This document shows positions 30,408-43,694 of a stretch of DNA of 64,000 nt, one piece after another. This stretch comes from the human T2T-CHM13v2.0 reference genome, Homo sapiens. Both the position numbers and the translations under genes were made by a program. The stretch lies in the NCBI RefSeq assembly GCF_009914755.1, contig NC_060926.1; one strand, 5' to 3'. Positions within the stretch are counted from its first letter, which is position 1. Every line of letters begins with the position of its first letter. The notes under the pieces were generated by a model that was not told where the DNA came from, ran no database searches, and saw nothing but the letters and a program-made list of their open reading frames with translations.

Positions 30408-30918
30408 GTCAGCACGTACCCGCCCCTCCTGGGATGGTCAGATGTCCATGACACCCCTCTTCCTATGGGCTCGGCCCCCACCTCCCCAGGCCCCTGGGTT
30501 CCTAAGGCCGGGGCTCCTCTCTCCTTACTGATCTCACCGAGGAAGGCCAGGTGCCTGTCTCCTGCCACCTAAGGAGATGTGGGGGCGTGGATTCCTTGTC
30601 TGTGAATGGAGCCGCTAAGCTTGGGGCTCCTCAGGCGCCTTGGCTGTTTCCTTTAGCTGTATCTCAGCCTCCCTCCGCTGTGCCCAGCTCTGCAGAGGCT
30701 CCATGTCTGTGGCTGGCTATGCTGTGTGGAGACCCCTACTCCACTCTGTGTAGGAATCGTTTGTCCCAGAGATCAGATCGAACTCCTTGGGGTGGGCGAG
30801 CCGTAGGCCTTCAATCAAGGCTCACTGACCAGGGCTGGCATGCACTTGGTGCCTGGTGCTGACCCTGGGGCTGCTGTGGAAGCTTCTCAGTGGAGGCTCA
30901 TGATTGGTGCTTGAGTGA

Positions 30919-31266
<348 letters not shown>

Positions 31267-31667
31267 TGAGAGACTCCCATGCAACTGCGCAGTTCCACGG
31301 AAAAGCACAAAGCCCCAGCAAATCTGCTTACCCCATTGGGTCTCAGTTTCCCCATCTGGAAATCAAGGGTTGGGTGACATGATGTCTAAACTGTCTTCGG
31401 CCATGGAATTCCTAATTCTGAAGATGGCAATTTATTTGCAACTCAGCCCTCTCCGGGGGGACCTTGCTGGAAGGCACCTGGCTTTCCGTCAGACCCTGCA
31501 CACATGGCCTCGTGTGATCCTCCCCATGAGATGATCTCATGTGGACCATTTTACAGATAAGGAAATTTGAGGGTCAGAGAAAATTTGCAACTTGTGTTAA
31601 GTTCCCAAAGTGTGCTTCTACATTGCTTCCTGAGAGCTCTTAATATTTTATTTTAAAAATTAAAAAA

Positions 31668-31690
31668 TCCCTGGTGGTCTAGTGGTTAGG
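31668..31690 (+). pseudogene. Retroposed 5' fragment of tRNA-Glu(CTC), 23 nt
   Basis: TCCCTGGTGGTCTAGTGGTTAGG between A-rich tracts. Confidence 0.8.
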
Positions 31691-31869
31691 GGAAAAAAAA
31701 AAGACAGGAACTTTTTTTTTTCTTGTTGCTTTGTCTGTAATCTGCTCCCGGATAGAGATAGTTCTGCAGGTCAGGCATGGGTGAGAAAGTCCCTGAGGCT
31801 GCGGTATCTGAAGCCTCCAGAGCAGCATCTTCAAGTAAGAAAATGACCAGCTTCTACAAAGCAGAGGCA

Positions 31870-31960
31870 ACAGGTCCCCAAGCCTGGGGGAGCCCGGTGT
31901 GAAATGAAAATGTGGGCCCCTTGTTCAAAATTACAGAACCCAAGAAGGGACAGCAGAGTG
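31870..31960 (-). mobile_element. MER45-like hAT fragment
   Basis: aaatgaaaatgtgggccccttgttcaaaa...gacagcagag. Confidence 0.6.
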
Positions 31961-32023
31961 TGTGCCAGTGTCGGGTGGCAGGGCCGGGGCTGCACCGGCA
32001 GCAGCAGAGTCCAGGCCGCTGCT

Positions 32024-32522
32024 GAGGGGAGTCACGTGGGTGCCGAGGAGGGGGCGGGGGAGTCACGTGGGTGCCGAGGAGGGGGCGGGGGAGTCACGTG
32101 GGTGCCGAGGAGGGGGAGGGGAGTCACGTGGGTGCCGAGGAGGGGCGGGGAGTCATGTGGGTGCTGAGGAGGGGGAGGGGGCAGCCACGTGGGTGCTGAG
32201 GAGGCGGGGGAGGGGAGTCACGTGGGTGCTGAGGAGGGGGAGGGGCGGCCACGTGGGTGCCGAGGAGGCGGGGGAGGGGAGTCACGTGGGTGCCGAGGAG
32301 GGGGAGGGGAGTCATGTGGGTGCCGAGGAGGGGAGGGGAGTCACGTGGGTGCTGAGGAGGGGGAGGAGCGGCCACGTGGGTGCTGAGGAGGCGGGGGAGG
32401 GGAGTCACGTGGTTGGTGAGGAGGGGGAGGGGAGTCACGTGGGTGCCGAGGAGGGGGAGGGGAGTCACGTGGGTGCCGAGGAGGGGAGGGGAGTCACGTG
32501 GGTCCTGAGGAGGGGGAGGGGC
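32024..32522. repeat. G-rich minisatellite, about 29-33 bp x 16, one E-box per unit
   Basis: ggggagtCACGTGggtgccgaggagggggag; 14 CACGTG and 2 CATGTG. Confidence 0.96.
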
Positions 32523-33098
32523 ACATTGACCTTTTGCAACCTGAATCCGGTCCGCCCCCTCCTCATCCGCGGTCCGCTTGGGCCTTCAGCTTCTCTTGTG
32601 GAGCGTCTGCGGCTCTTTTTATTGAAACATTAGAGAAAAGTAGATTCAAACCCATGATCAAAACAGTCACCACGAAAGACAAACCCTGCTCAGCCCGTGT
32701 TGTACAAAATGAAAAGGTCAGCCCTCTCCCGGGGCACAGGGTCCGGACAGCTCGGGGCCACCCTGCCAGGCTGTGCAGCTCTGGCTGGGGGCTTTTTTCC
32801 GGCTGTGTTAGCCCTGCTGTTGGAAACCAAGTGGACTGTCCTGCAGCCCAGACAAGCCCAGTGGCCTTTGTGCTTTTAATTGTGATAAATGTGCCTGCTT
32901 TAGAAAATGTTTAATTATGTTGGAAGCAACTTAAACTGTTGGATGCCTACGGCTCTCTCAGAAGTTTTGGTGAAAGTGGCTTTGGCCCTGACTTTGTGGT
33001 AGCGTGTGTGGGTTTGTGAGTGGAACCTTCAGCTTTAGGTTGGAAACGGTGGCTGTGGAGAGCTGGACTTTTGGCTGTGGAGGTCACGTCCCTGCCCA

Positions 33099-33150
33099 AT
33101 GTGGTGGGTGCCTCCGAGTCCCTACGGTTGTCTTCCCTGCGCCCTGCCAG
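33099..33150 (+). CDS. COLEC11: COLEC11 alternative first exon, coding part (MWWVPPSPYGCLPCALP-G)
   Basis: 52 nt, phase-1 donor CAG|GTCAGT compatible with the collagen exon at 40219; matches a recalled isoform N-terminus. Confidence 0.7.
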
Positions 33151-34344
33151 GTCAGTAGCCCGCACTGGTGGGGGCCGTGGGGTGGGCTCCAGGGTCCTTT
33201 CTGGGCGCCGCCTTTCCCAGGTGCTGTTGGGAGGGTCCTTCCCAGCTGTCCACGTCCTGGGTCCCCTGGATGTGCTGTCATTTCCCACATGGGTAGGGTC
33301 CCTTCTCAACCTTTGCAGGCTGGGAAGTAGGGCAGGTCTGAGGGTGCTGTGGGTCAGCCGTCCTGCGTGACGGGTCACCTGTCCTCCCAAGCCTCGGCCT
33401 CCTGGTCCGTGAGGTTGGGGAGGCGATGCCAGCTTGGGGCTCTGTGGGGATGCAGTGGTGGCACCAGGAGTGGGCACACAGTGACCGGGGACCCAGCCCC
33501 TGCTCCCTGCTCTGGGACAGTGACTTACAAAGCACTAACCCTGTGCAGGCAGCGAGCCCGACCAGGGAGCAGATCAGGTGTCCGTCCAGCACGTGCCCCG
33601 CGAGTCCGCAAGCGAGAGGCGAGCACCAGGGGCAAGGAGCGGTTTAGAAGGATTCAGGATACCCAGCATGTCAGGAATTGGGTTACTCAATGGAGAAAAT
33701 GGTGTGTGCCAGCAGACTTCATCCCTGCCGGCCCCAGCATGTGCCGTAGCCCCCCAGGGTCGCTGGAGGTCAAAGAGGAGAGGCAGCGTGCGGCACAGTG
33801 CCAGCTTCTAAGGAAACAGACACACACGCAGTCACCATTCATTAGACAAGCGTCCGTTGAGAATCCACCAGGCAGGCTCAGGGCTGGGATGAAGAAGCCG
33901 CGGCCTGTCTCCTCACAGTCCCGCCGTTCGGCCCCGGACACGGGGTGGCATCTGGTCTGAGAAACACAGCACGCGCCGCCCCCCCAACCCCCACAACCCC
34001 CTGTGTTTTGGATCCTGAAACCTCTGCCAACTCCACATTTGGCTGGAGAATCTTCCTGAGCACACGAGTCAGGCTGCCGCTGACTGCTGGTGGTGCTTGA
34101 CATGACATTTATTTGCCATTCCAGGCCATTTCAGATAATAATAATATATTATCTTTACATTTAGAGGGAATAATATATTGTCTTTACATTTAGAGAGAAT
34201 GACAACTCCTTTTAATGGGAAAAAAGTCTTTTTTTAATGGTTAAAAAAATGGCTGTAGGTGAGAAAACATTTATCTGTATTAACAAATGTGTTTCCCAGA
34301 AATATGAAAGGTCATAGTTCTTCTTATAGGCTTTATCAAATGAA

Positions 34345-34662
<318 letters not shown>

Positions 34663-35454
34663 TATCAAATTAATTGAAAAATCATTTACTGCCATTCTTT
34701 AAAACAACATTGATAAAACCAGTAATGGGGCCTGAATAACATGCGCTGTGGGAGGTTTGCTCTTCTGACACCTGACGGCCTGTCTGTGCCGTCTCCCCTT
34801 GTGTAGAACAAGCCAGGCAGGCTGAGGTCCCGGCTTTCTCCTCTCTGACTTCCCATGGCCCTGGGGTGCCGTGGCACTTGTTGTGGCCAGCAGGGATGTG
34901 AAGTCGCTGGCACACGAGTTTGTTCAGCTTGTAAGCAGGTGGCGTGACAGTCAAGCACTGTCCACGGATCTTCCTCAACTGGCTATAAATATGTCGAAGT
35001 ATCTTAGGTTCTCAATAAAATAACTGACATGCGCCTTCCTAGCTGGGTTGGAAATGACCCCAAATATGATCTAGGTAAAAGCTTTTTGTTCGTAGATTTG
35101 TACATGATTTGCAGGGAAGCCAAGCAAATAGTAAATGTCAGCCACATTTTGTTTCTTTGAGCGAGGAGAGAGCTGCGTAGTGGTGATGGTGGAAGTGAGC
35201 CAGCAGTTGAAATGTTAGCCTCTCCTGGTAGAGAAATAACTTGTCATTAGAACTTTATGTAGTCAATCATCCTGAAAATGAAAAGGATGTGGGAAAAATG
35301 TCATTGTGCTCGCTGGGTCTACATTACAAAATGCATGGAGTGTTGAGTGGGGACGTGTATAGAAATCCTGCTCTGGAGTCATTACCTGCAGGGACATACA
35401 TCTTTATGACCCCTGGGACCAGTGGACAATGAACACTTCAAACCTTGCCAAATT

Positions 35455-35610
35455 GGCCAGGTGCAGTGGGTCACGCCTGTGATCCCGGCACTTTGGGAAG
35501 CCGAGGTGGGAGGATGACTTGAGCCCAGGAGTTTGAGTCTACCCAGGGCAACAGAGTAAGACCCCATCTCTGGAAAACAAAAAACAAAAACAAAACAAAA
35601 CAAAAAAACA
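35455..35610 (+). mobile_element. FLAM Alu monomer
   Basis: Single arm, (CAAAA)n tail, TSD aaccYtgccaaatt. Confidence 0.88.
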
Positions 35611-36254
35611 ACCCTGCCAAATTGTGAACAGTGCTTGAAAACAGCCTTGGTTCTTAAGATGCGTGGACAGGGCAAGTCTACAAGGCGGAGGCGACGGGGA
35701 CCGTGGAGAAACCAGGGCAGCCCCGCCGTGGATGGGAGGCCTCTGTACTCTCTGGTCCTCAGTGCTGTTGGTCCTGAACCAGGGATTAAAATACTTTTTC
35801 TCGTGACAACCAGCACGGTGTCTTCCAGGGCATATTTTGTTCAATCCCCATCAGAGCTGAGGAGGACCAGGCTGGGAGGGCTTACGCTGGGTTTTGCACA
35901 GGAAGGAAAGCAGTTTCTGACTCCAGGTTTGGGTTCCCCACACTGCAGGCACAGCCGTGAGGCATTTGGGGTGCCTGCTGCCCAGCACTGGCTGAAATGC
36001 GCCTGGCCCTGTACAACTACAGACACAGGTCCATTAAGCAGAGCCCTTGGGAGATGGCATGTAAGTGGATTTTGTGATTAGCTGAGAGATATAAAGAAAA
36101 CGTGTGTTAAATCCTCTTCTTTAGAAAGTCTTGCTGTTTTTAATGACTTATGATTCTTTCTCTCCTGCTTTAGTAACGAGAGTTTGTGGGACACAGTGTA
36201 ATGTGTGGTGCTTTTCAGGGTCTTTCCGTGCCTCCAGTTGTTACTATGAACTAT

Positions 36255-36875
<621 letters not shown>

Positions 36876-38771
36876 AACCAGTTTTTAAAAATCAGATTAG
36901 AGACAGGCAGACGGATGCAGGTGGAGGTTGGTCAGAAGCTATCATAACAAACTTGTCCTTACTGCTTTATCTTTAGCAGGAGAGGAGACGAGGGTGAGTA
37001 GTCATGCTGGTTAGTGAGTCTCGCTCTGAGGTTTTGAAGCCTGAGCAAGGCGCGGTAAAGACACACTGGCGTGCCAGCACATCCCAGCTTGGACATGTCA
37101 CTTGATTCTCGTAGCTGTGTCTTCACCTCTAGAGTGGACATAGTGCCCGCCCCATGTAGGGGGAGAGGTGAAATTATTATGCAAATAAGTGAATGCCGTG
37201 TACAAACTCCAGGAGCTTTCTTAAGCGGTATGAGAAGAGCTGGCAGACCTGCTTAGTGTTAATTCTTTACGAGTACTGATGGAGCACCTGCCTTCTTCCT
37301 GGTGCTCTGGGGGACCGAGGGTTGGGTGAGATGGAGCTGTGTCTTCTCAGAGCCTTCAGCCAGTGGGAGAAAGAGCAGACTGCTGTCATGTAGGCGGTGT
37401 GAAATGCTTTATGAAGGAAACATTCTTCCGCCCTCATCTCAGCCACAATCACTGTTGGCCTGGACCGTGGCATGGGTGGTCAGGTTATCCCCATGAGCTC
37501 CAGGCATGAAGTCCCTGGGCTGCCTACTGCCTCGGGCTCGTGGCTCGCTCTGCCCAACCACCTGGCTTCCCGTCATCCCCTCCAGCCCTTCCCCCTTGTC
37601 TGTGCACCTGCTGACCCTGTCCTCAGAACACTTCTTACTCTGTGCCTGGCTACCCCTGCTCAGCAGCTTAGCCTGAGAACCACCCCTCAGAGGGGCTTTT
37701 CGGATCTTGCCGTCTAAATTATGGCTCCTTTGTTGAGGTTATTGCCTCATTTTATTCTTGCGTCCGGTGTTGCTAATGAGAATTCTTATGTCCATCTGAT
37801 TCTCATTCACAGGTATGCAGTCTTTAAACCTGTTTTTCCCTCTTGGGTAGCTGACAGCATTTTCTCTTTATTCTTGGTGTTCTGCGATATTGCTCTGACA
37901 TGTCTGAGTTACTTTTCTCTGATTTTCCCCGTGTGGTTCTCCGCAGGCCCTTTCACAGAGTTCTTTCATGGCTTTCCTTAGCACTGGGAAATCGCGGCTA
38001 CTAAATCTTCGCAGCCACGAAGGCTTTGTTCCTCTCTTTCCGGAATTGCTGTCAGAGCGACATTGGCATTTGTGAGTTTTTCCTTCAACTCTCAACTTCG
38101 TAACTTCAAAACAAACAAAGCCTGCATTTCTTATTAGTGCTGCCCTGTGAACAATGCTTCCTCCTCACCGCTGGCTCCACGAGGCCTCTTCATCCTGGGC
38201 CACCGGGGACTCGCCTTTCTGCGGAGTGGCTCCCGCACAGCGTCTCTGCTCGGCTCTTTCCGCTGCAGTGTGCTGTTGTTCCCGGACTGGCCTCTCCCAT
38301 GTTATGAGGACCTCCATTCACCGATTGCACAGTCAGCGTCCGGCTGCTCCACTGTTCCGTCTTCTCTGTTCTTTCTTCTGCACGATGCTGGTGCCCCTGA
38401 AACCTCTGGGGATTCTTAATGCTGAGTTTATCTTGTTAGTGGATATTTCTTGCTAAACTGTCAATACTTCTCTTTTCTTCTTACAAGATAAGAAAGCAAA
38501 CTTGAGAACTACTTGGAGCCTCAGAGCAGCATGTGGGTGTTGATCGTGGGTCAGCCCAGGGGCAGCCCACAGGCTTTTCAGTAGGTGGCCCTGCGGGGCT
38601 GGGGCTGTGGCACGGGGATGATGTGGGGATGGGCCTGCCACCATCGCTGTGCTTTTCTCTTTGTTACTTGGATTTAAATGGAAAGTCCCCTCCGTGAGGC
38701 CAGATAATCAGCTTTGGGGATTTTGTGGAGGGATCTGTAATCTCAACTGAGCCTCTCTCCAAGACAAGGTG

Positions 38772-38987
38772 TGTGGGCCACAACGTGTGTGGGCGGCAAG
38801 CCGTCCAGGTGCCGAGGCAAGAGACCGAGGGCACGAGCTGGTCCAGTATGATAAAATATATAAAACAACAAGAGTTATACTATATATGCTCTCTCTATAT
38901 ATAGGGTTGTTTTGTATATTTTATCATACTGGAACAGCTCGTGCCCTCGGTCTCTTGCCTCGGCACCTGGATGGCTGGCTGCCCACA
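38772..38987. mobile_element. Palindromic element made of two inverted LTR13-like (ERVK) 5' ends
   Basis: 82-bp arms 38788-38869 and 38906-38987 (77/82 identical), TG...CA ends, AAGGTG on both flanks. Confidence 0.8.
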
Positions 38988-39077
38988 AAGGTGCAAATGG
39001 AGAGTTATAGAGAAGTAAAGTTTACGTGAACGCTGGCACAATTGTGCAGAGAGGGAAGGTGAACTTGTAGCATATCA

Positions 39078-39193
39078 GCGCACACACGCGCACACATACA
39101 CGTGCACACCTATGCACATGCGGACACACGCACCCACATGCACACACGCACCCACCCACACGCATGCACACATGCACACACATGCACACACAC
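39078..39193. repeat. Degenerate (CA)n/(GCAC)n microsatellite
   Basis: Visible alternating purine-pyrimidine tract. Confidence 0.9.
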
Positions 39194-40218
39194 TCCCTGT
39201 CTGCAACCATTCAGAGGAGGGATAGTGCAACAGGTAAGAAATACGGCCTTATAAAAATGACTACAGAGCCGAGTCCCAGCCAGCAGAGTGGCCCTGTTGA
39301 GAGAATCCGGAAGAGCCTCCCAGAGAACCAGGTGAGAAGGCGGACCCTGGACAGGAGCCGGCTGACCAGGCAGGCTGGGCAGAGGGCACAGAGTAGGGAA
39401 AGACCGGGGTCCGATGTAGAGACCACACTGAGGAGAGGCTCAAGTACTGCACGTCATTTATAGCTGAATCTAGAGACATAATAGAATTCCATTTGTTTCA
39501 GGACAGTCATTTTGGTGTGGATTAGGGTGGGGGGAGAAGACTGGAGTGGAGGTGTTGGTGTCCACAGGCCTTCCTGAGGCCCCTGGCCTCACTGCGCACA
39601 TCTCTGAACTGTGCCTTGTAGGGTGTCTCCACCAGTGATTCACCCTCTGTCTCCTGCACCTGCTGAGCCTTGGAAGTGGGTGGACGTGCCCACCTGGTCA
39701 CAGGCAGCCCCCGTGGTGGAGGCCCTGGCTGAGCAGGAGCCTGTGCCCTGGGGGGCTCACACTGATGGGGCCAGGGGGATGCTGACATAGTTCATCCTTC
39801 CCTGAGTACCAAGCAGATGAAGCTCAGGGAGAGGTCGGGGTGACGCTTCCCATGGGGGCGCCTGGAGACGCTGCCGCCCTTCTCATTGGTGTTAGGGTTG
39901 GGGAGAGCCGGCGTTTAGACGCGGCACTGTGCACCCAGGGACAGACTAGGAGCCCGCCAAGAGGGGTAACTGGTGAGAGAAACACAGGCCCTTTCTAAGA
40001 GAGAAGGTAGGGCAGGGAGACAAATAGCCCTAAAAGCAGAATCAGGGGCACCCAGAGTAGCGGCTGGGCCGCAGGCGGGGAGGGAGGTAGGGAGAGAAGG
40101 GGCTTGGCCACCTGCAGGGACCCGGGGAGAACGCTTCTAACTGTTCTTCCTCCACAAATCACTCTGAGACGCTGTGCTGGCCAGACGAGCTGCTAAATGG
40201 ATGTGACTTCTTCCACAG

Positions 40219-40290
40219 GGGATGCGGGAGAGAAGGGAGACAAAGGCGCCCCCGGACGGCCTGGAAGAGTCGGCCCCACGGGAGAAAAAG
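40219..40290 (+). CDS. COLEC11: COLEC11 exon 3, collagen Gly-X-Y x 8
   Basis: ccacAG|(G)[23 protein letters not shown](G)|GTACCT, 72 nt, phase 1-1. Confidence 0.96.
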
Positions 40291-40861
40291 GTACCTGCAG
40301 CCCTGGGCCGGCCCTCAGAGCTCTGAGGATGGAGGCACCGCTCCTGCTAGAGCCGGGTGGGGAGGTGGGGGTGGTGGTTCCAGAGAGGACAGGCCCTGCC
40401 CTCTGGGTCCCAGGGAGGCAGACGGCATGGGACTTGGGTCGGGAGCAGGGAGGGGAGAGTGGTCCTTCAGCACTGCTCCTTGTGCTGACCTGTGGGGCCC
40501 TAGGAAAGAAAGTGTGTCCTGGAACTCAGCAGAGGCTCCTGGCCCCTTTAAGCCTCATCTGTAAGACGGGAATAACAGCTTCCAGATCATTTGTGAGCGC
40601 TAAGTGAATCAGTGTCGTTATGAAGGCGGCGTGGCAGAGTACACAGATAGGACCCTCATCACTTTGCGTCTGTCTCCTCCTTCGTAAAGTCGTGTGATTC
40701 TGCCTGCCTCGTGGGACTGTGCCGAGGCTCATGGGAGCTAGATCATACGTGTAAAGGAAATGTATCATGTGTAAAGTAGCTGCACAGTGCATGGCAGGGG
40801 TTAAATATATGGTGGCTATTATCTTTATATACTCCTTGTTACTGCTTAAAATTTTTTTAAG

Positions 40862-41126
40862 TGTTTTTTCTTTTTCTTTCTTTCTTTCTTTTTTTTTTTT
40901 TTTGAGACTGAGTCTTGCTCTGTTGCCCAGGCTGGAGTGCAATGGCACAGTCTTGGCTCACTGTAACCTTCTCCTCCCAGGTTCAAGCTATTCTCCTGCC
41001 TCAACCTGTTGAGTAGCTGGCATGTGCTATCACACCCAGCTAATTTTTTTTTGGGGGGGTATTTTTAGTAGAGACTAGGTTTCACCATGTTGGCCAGGCT
41101 GGTCTCGAACTCCTGGCCTCAAGTAA
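40862..41126 (-). mobile_element. AluS-like SINE lacking its 5' end
   Basis: Antisense Alu stops at cctcaagtaat. Confidence 0.88.
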
Positions 41127-41447
41127 TACATTTTTTCCAAGTCATTAAAGATTGTCTCTAGAAATGCTTTCTCAGTATGTACACATCATTCTATGAGAAC
41201 ATATACTACAGTTAGCCAACCCCCCAACCAATCTTTTAACATTGGAGAGTTAAGTTGTTTCCAATTAAAAAAAATTATTATAACAACACAAAGATAATTA
41301 AATATATATTTAAGCCCATACACTGTTTTTTGAAACGTTTTTGAGGTATAATTTATGGTCATTCTCATTTTGAGATTACTGTGCAATCAGTTTTGACCAT
41401 TGCCCTCGCCCGTACCCCTCATCCTAAGCAAGAGCTGGAACATTCTT

Positions 41448-42009
41448 TTTTTTTCTTTTTTTTAAATCAGCTTTCCATTTATTAAGTTTAGAGAGGAACA
41501 ATTCTAAGTAAAGCTTTAAAAAATCTTCAACACAGATATTTTTTATAGGCAATACAGAAGGACAGGATGACCAATAAGGGTGCTCAGAGTAAAACTCCTA
41601 AAGTTGCACAAGTTGTAGAAGAAAATTTCTTATAATGAAAGGACATGAGTATCTAGATTGAACAGAACTACCAGAAACCTGGCAAAGTAAACGAAAAAAA
41701 GTTTCATACCAAGACAACTGACTTTGAAATTTCAGAACACAAAGATAAAAACAAAATCCAAAATTTTCCAGACACTAAATATCACATACAAAGAATTAGG
41801 AATCCGAATAACATCAGTCTTCCCAATATTAGCAGTTGAAGAAAGAACAGTACCTTTAAAATCCTGAGGGAAACTTATTTCCATTCAAGAATTCTACACC
41901 CAGCTAAACTATCCATCAAGGCTGAGAGCAGAATAAAATATTTTCATGTATTTCAGTTCACAACAATGTACCTCATATGCACCCTTTCTCAGGAATCCAC
42001 TGAGAAATA
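41448..42009 (-). mobile_element. 3' transduction carried by the adjacent SVA (old L1 ORF1-derived DNA) plus terminal poly(A)
   Basis: Lies inside the SVA TSDs; AATAAA (minus) at 41478-41483, poly(T) to 41463. Confidence 0.85.
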
Positions 42010-43694
42010 TTTTCTTTCTTTTTTTTTTTAAAGGGATTTTATTTTATTTATTTATTTTTAGTATTTATTGATCACTCTTGGGTATTTCTCGCAGAGGGGG
42101 ATTTGGCAGGGTCATAGGACAACAGTGGAGGGAAGGTCAGCAGACAAACAAGTGAACAAGGGTCTCTGGTTTTCCTAGGCAGAGGACCCTGCGGCCATCC
42201 GCAGTGTTTGTGTCCCTGGGTACTTGAGATTAGGGAGTGGTGATGACTCTTAACGAGCATGCTGCCTTCAAGCATCTGTTTAACAAAGCACATCTTGCAC
42301 CGCCCTTAATCCATTTAACCCTGAGTGGACACAGCACATGTTTCAGAGAGCAGGGAGTTGGGGGTAAGGTCAAAGATTAACAGCATCCCAAGGCAGAAGA
42401 ATTTTTCTTAGTACAGAACAAAATGGAGTCTCCCATGTCTACTTCTTTCTACACAGACACAGCAAGAATCTGATTTCTCTATCCTTTCCCCACATTTCCC
42501 CCTTTTCTATTTGACAAAACCGCCATCGTCATCATGGCCCATTCTCAATGAGCTGTGGGGTACACCTCCCAGACGGGGTGGCGGCCGGGCAGAGGGGCTC
42601 CTCACTTCCCAGAAGGGGGCGGCTGGGCAGAGGCGCCCCCCACCTCGCGGACAGGGCGGTGGCCGGGCAGAGGCTCCCCCCACCTCCCAGACGGGGCGGC
42701 TGGCCAGGCAGGGGCTGCCCCCCACCTCCCTCCCGGACGCGGCGGCTGGCCGGGCGGGGGCTGCCCCCCACCTCCCTCCCGGACGGGGGGGCTGCCGGGT
42801 GGAGATGCTCACTTCCCAGACGGGGCGGCTGCTGGGTGGAGGGGCTCCTCACTTCTCAGACGGGGCGGCTGCCCGGCGGAGGGGCTCCTCACCTCTGAGG
42901 CGGGGCGGCCGGGCAGAGACGCTCCTCACCTCCCAGACGGGGTGGCGGTCGGGCAGAGACACTCCTCAGATCCCAGACGGGGTCGTGGCTGGGCAGAGGC
43001 GCTCCTCACATCCCAGACAGGGCGGCGGGGCAGAGGCGCTCCCCACATCTCAGACGATGGGTGGCCGGGCAGAGACGCTCCTCACTTCCCAGACAGGATG
43101 GCGGCCGGGAAGAGGCGCTCCTCACTTCCCAGACTGGGCAGCCGGGCAGAGGGGCTCCTCACATCCGAGACTATGGGCGGCCAGGCAGAGACACTCCTCA
43201 CTTCCCAGACGGGGTGGCGGCCGGGCAGAGGCTGCAATCTCGGCACTTTGGGAGGCCAAGGCAGGCGGCTGGGAGGTGGAGGTTGTAGCAAGCCGAGATC
43301 ACGCCACTGCACTCCAGCCTGGGCAACATTGAGCACTGAGTGAACGAGACTCCGTCTGCAATCCGGGCACCTCGGGAGGCCGAGGCTGGCAGATCACTCC
43401 CGGTTAGGAGCTGGAGACCAGCCCGGCCAACACAGCGAAACCCCGTCTCCACCAAAAAAATACGAAAACCAGTCAGGCATGGCGGCGCACGCCTGCAATC
43501 CCAGGCACTCTGCAGGCTGAGGCAGGAGAACCAGGCAGGGAGGTTGCAGTGAGCCGAGATGGCAGCAGTACAGTCCAGCTTCGGCTCGGCATCAAGAGGG
43601 AGATCGTGGAAAGAGAGGGAGAGGGAGACCGTGGGGAGAGGGAGAGGGAGACCGTGGGGAGAGGGAGAGGGAGACTGTGGGGAGAGGGAGAGGA
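42010..43694 (-). mobile_element. SVA retrotransposon (older, SVA_B/C-like)
   Basis: SINE-R ending AATAAATACTAAA, short VNTR, Alu-like domain, short hexamer region; TSD ctggaacattctt at 41435-41447 and 43695-43707. Confidence 0.95.

Noticed and set aside
31668-31740. Functional tRNA-Glu gene
   Set aside because: Only 23 nt match; no anticodon arm, T-arm or B-box
40197-40607. 136-aa ORF starting at an intronic ATG before the collagen exon
   Set aside because: Only 40219-40290 is bounded by splice sites and collagen-like; the rest is intron read-through
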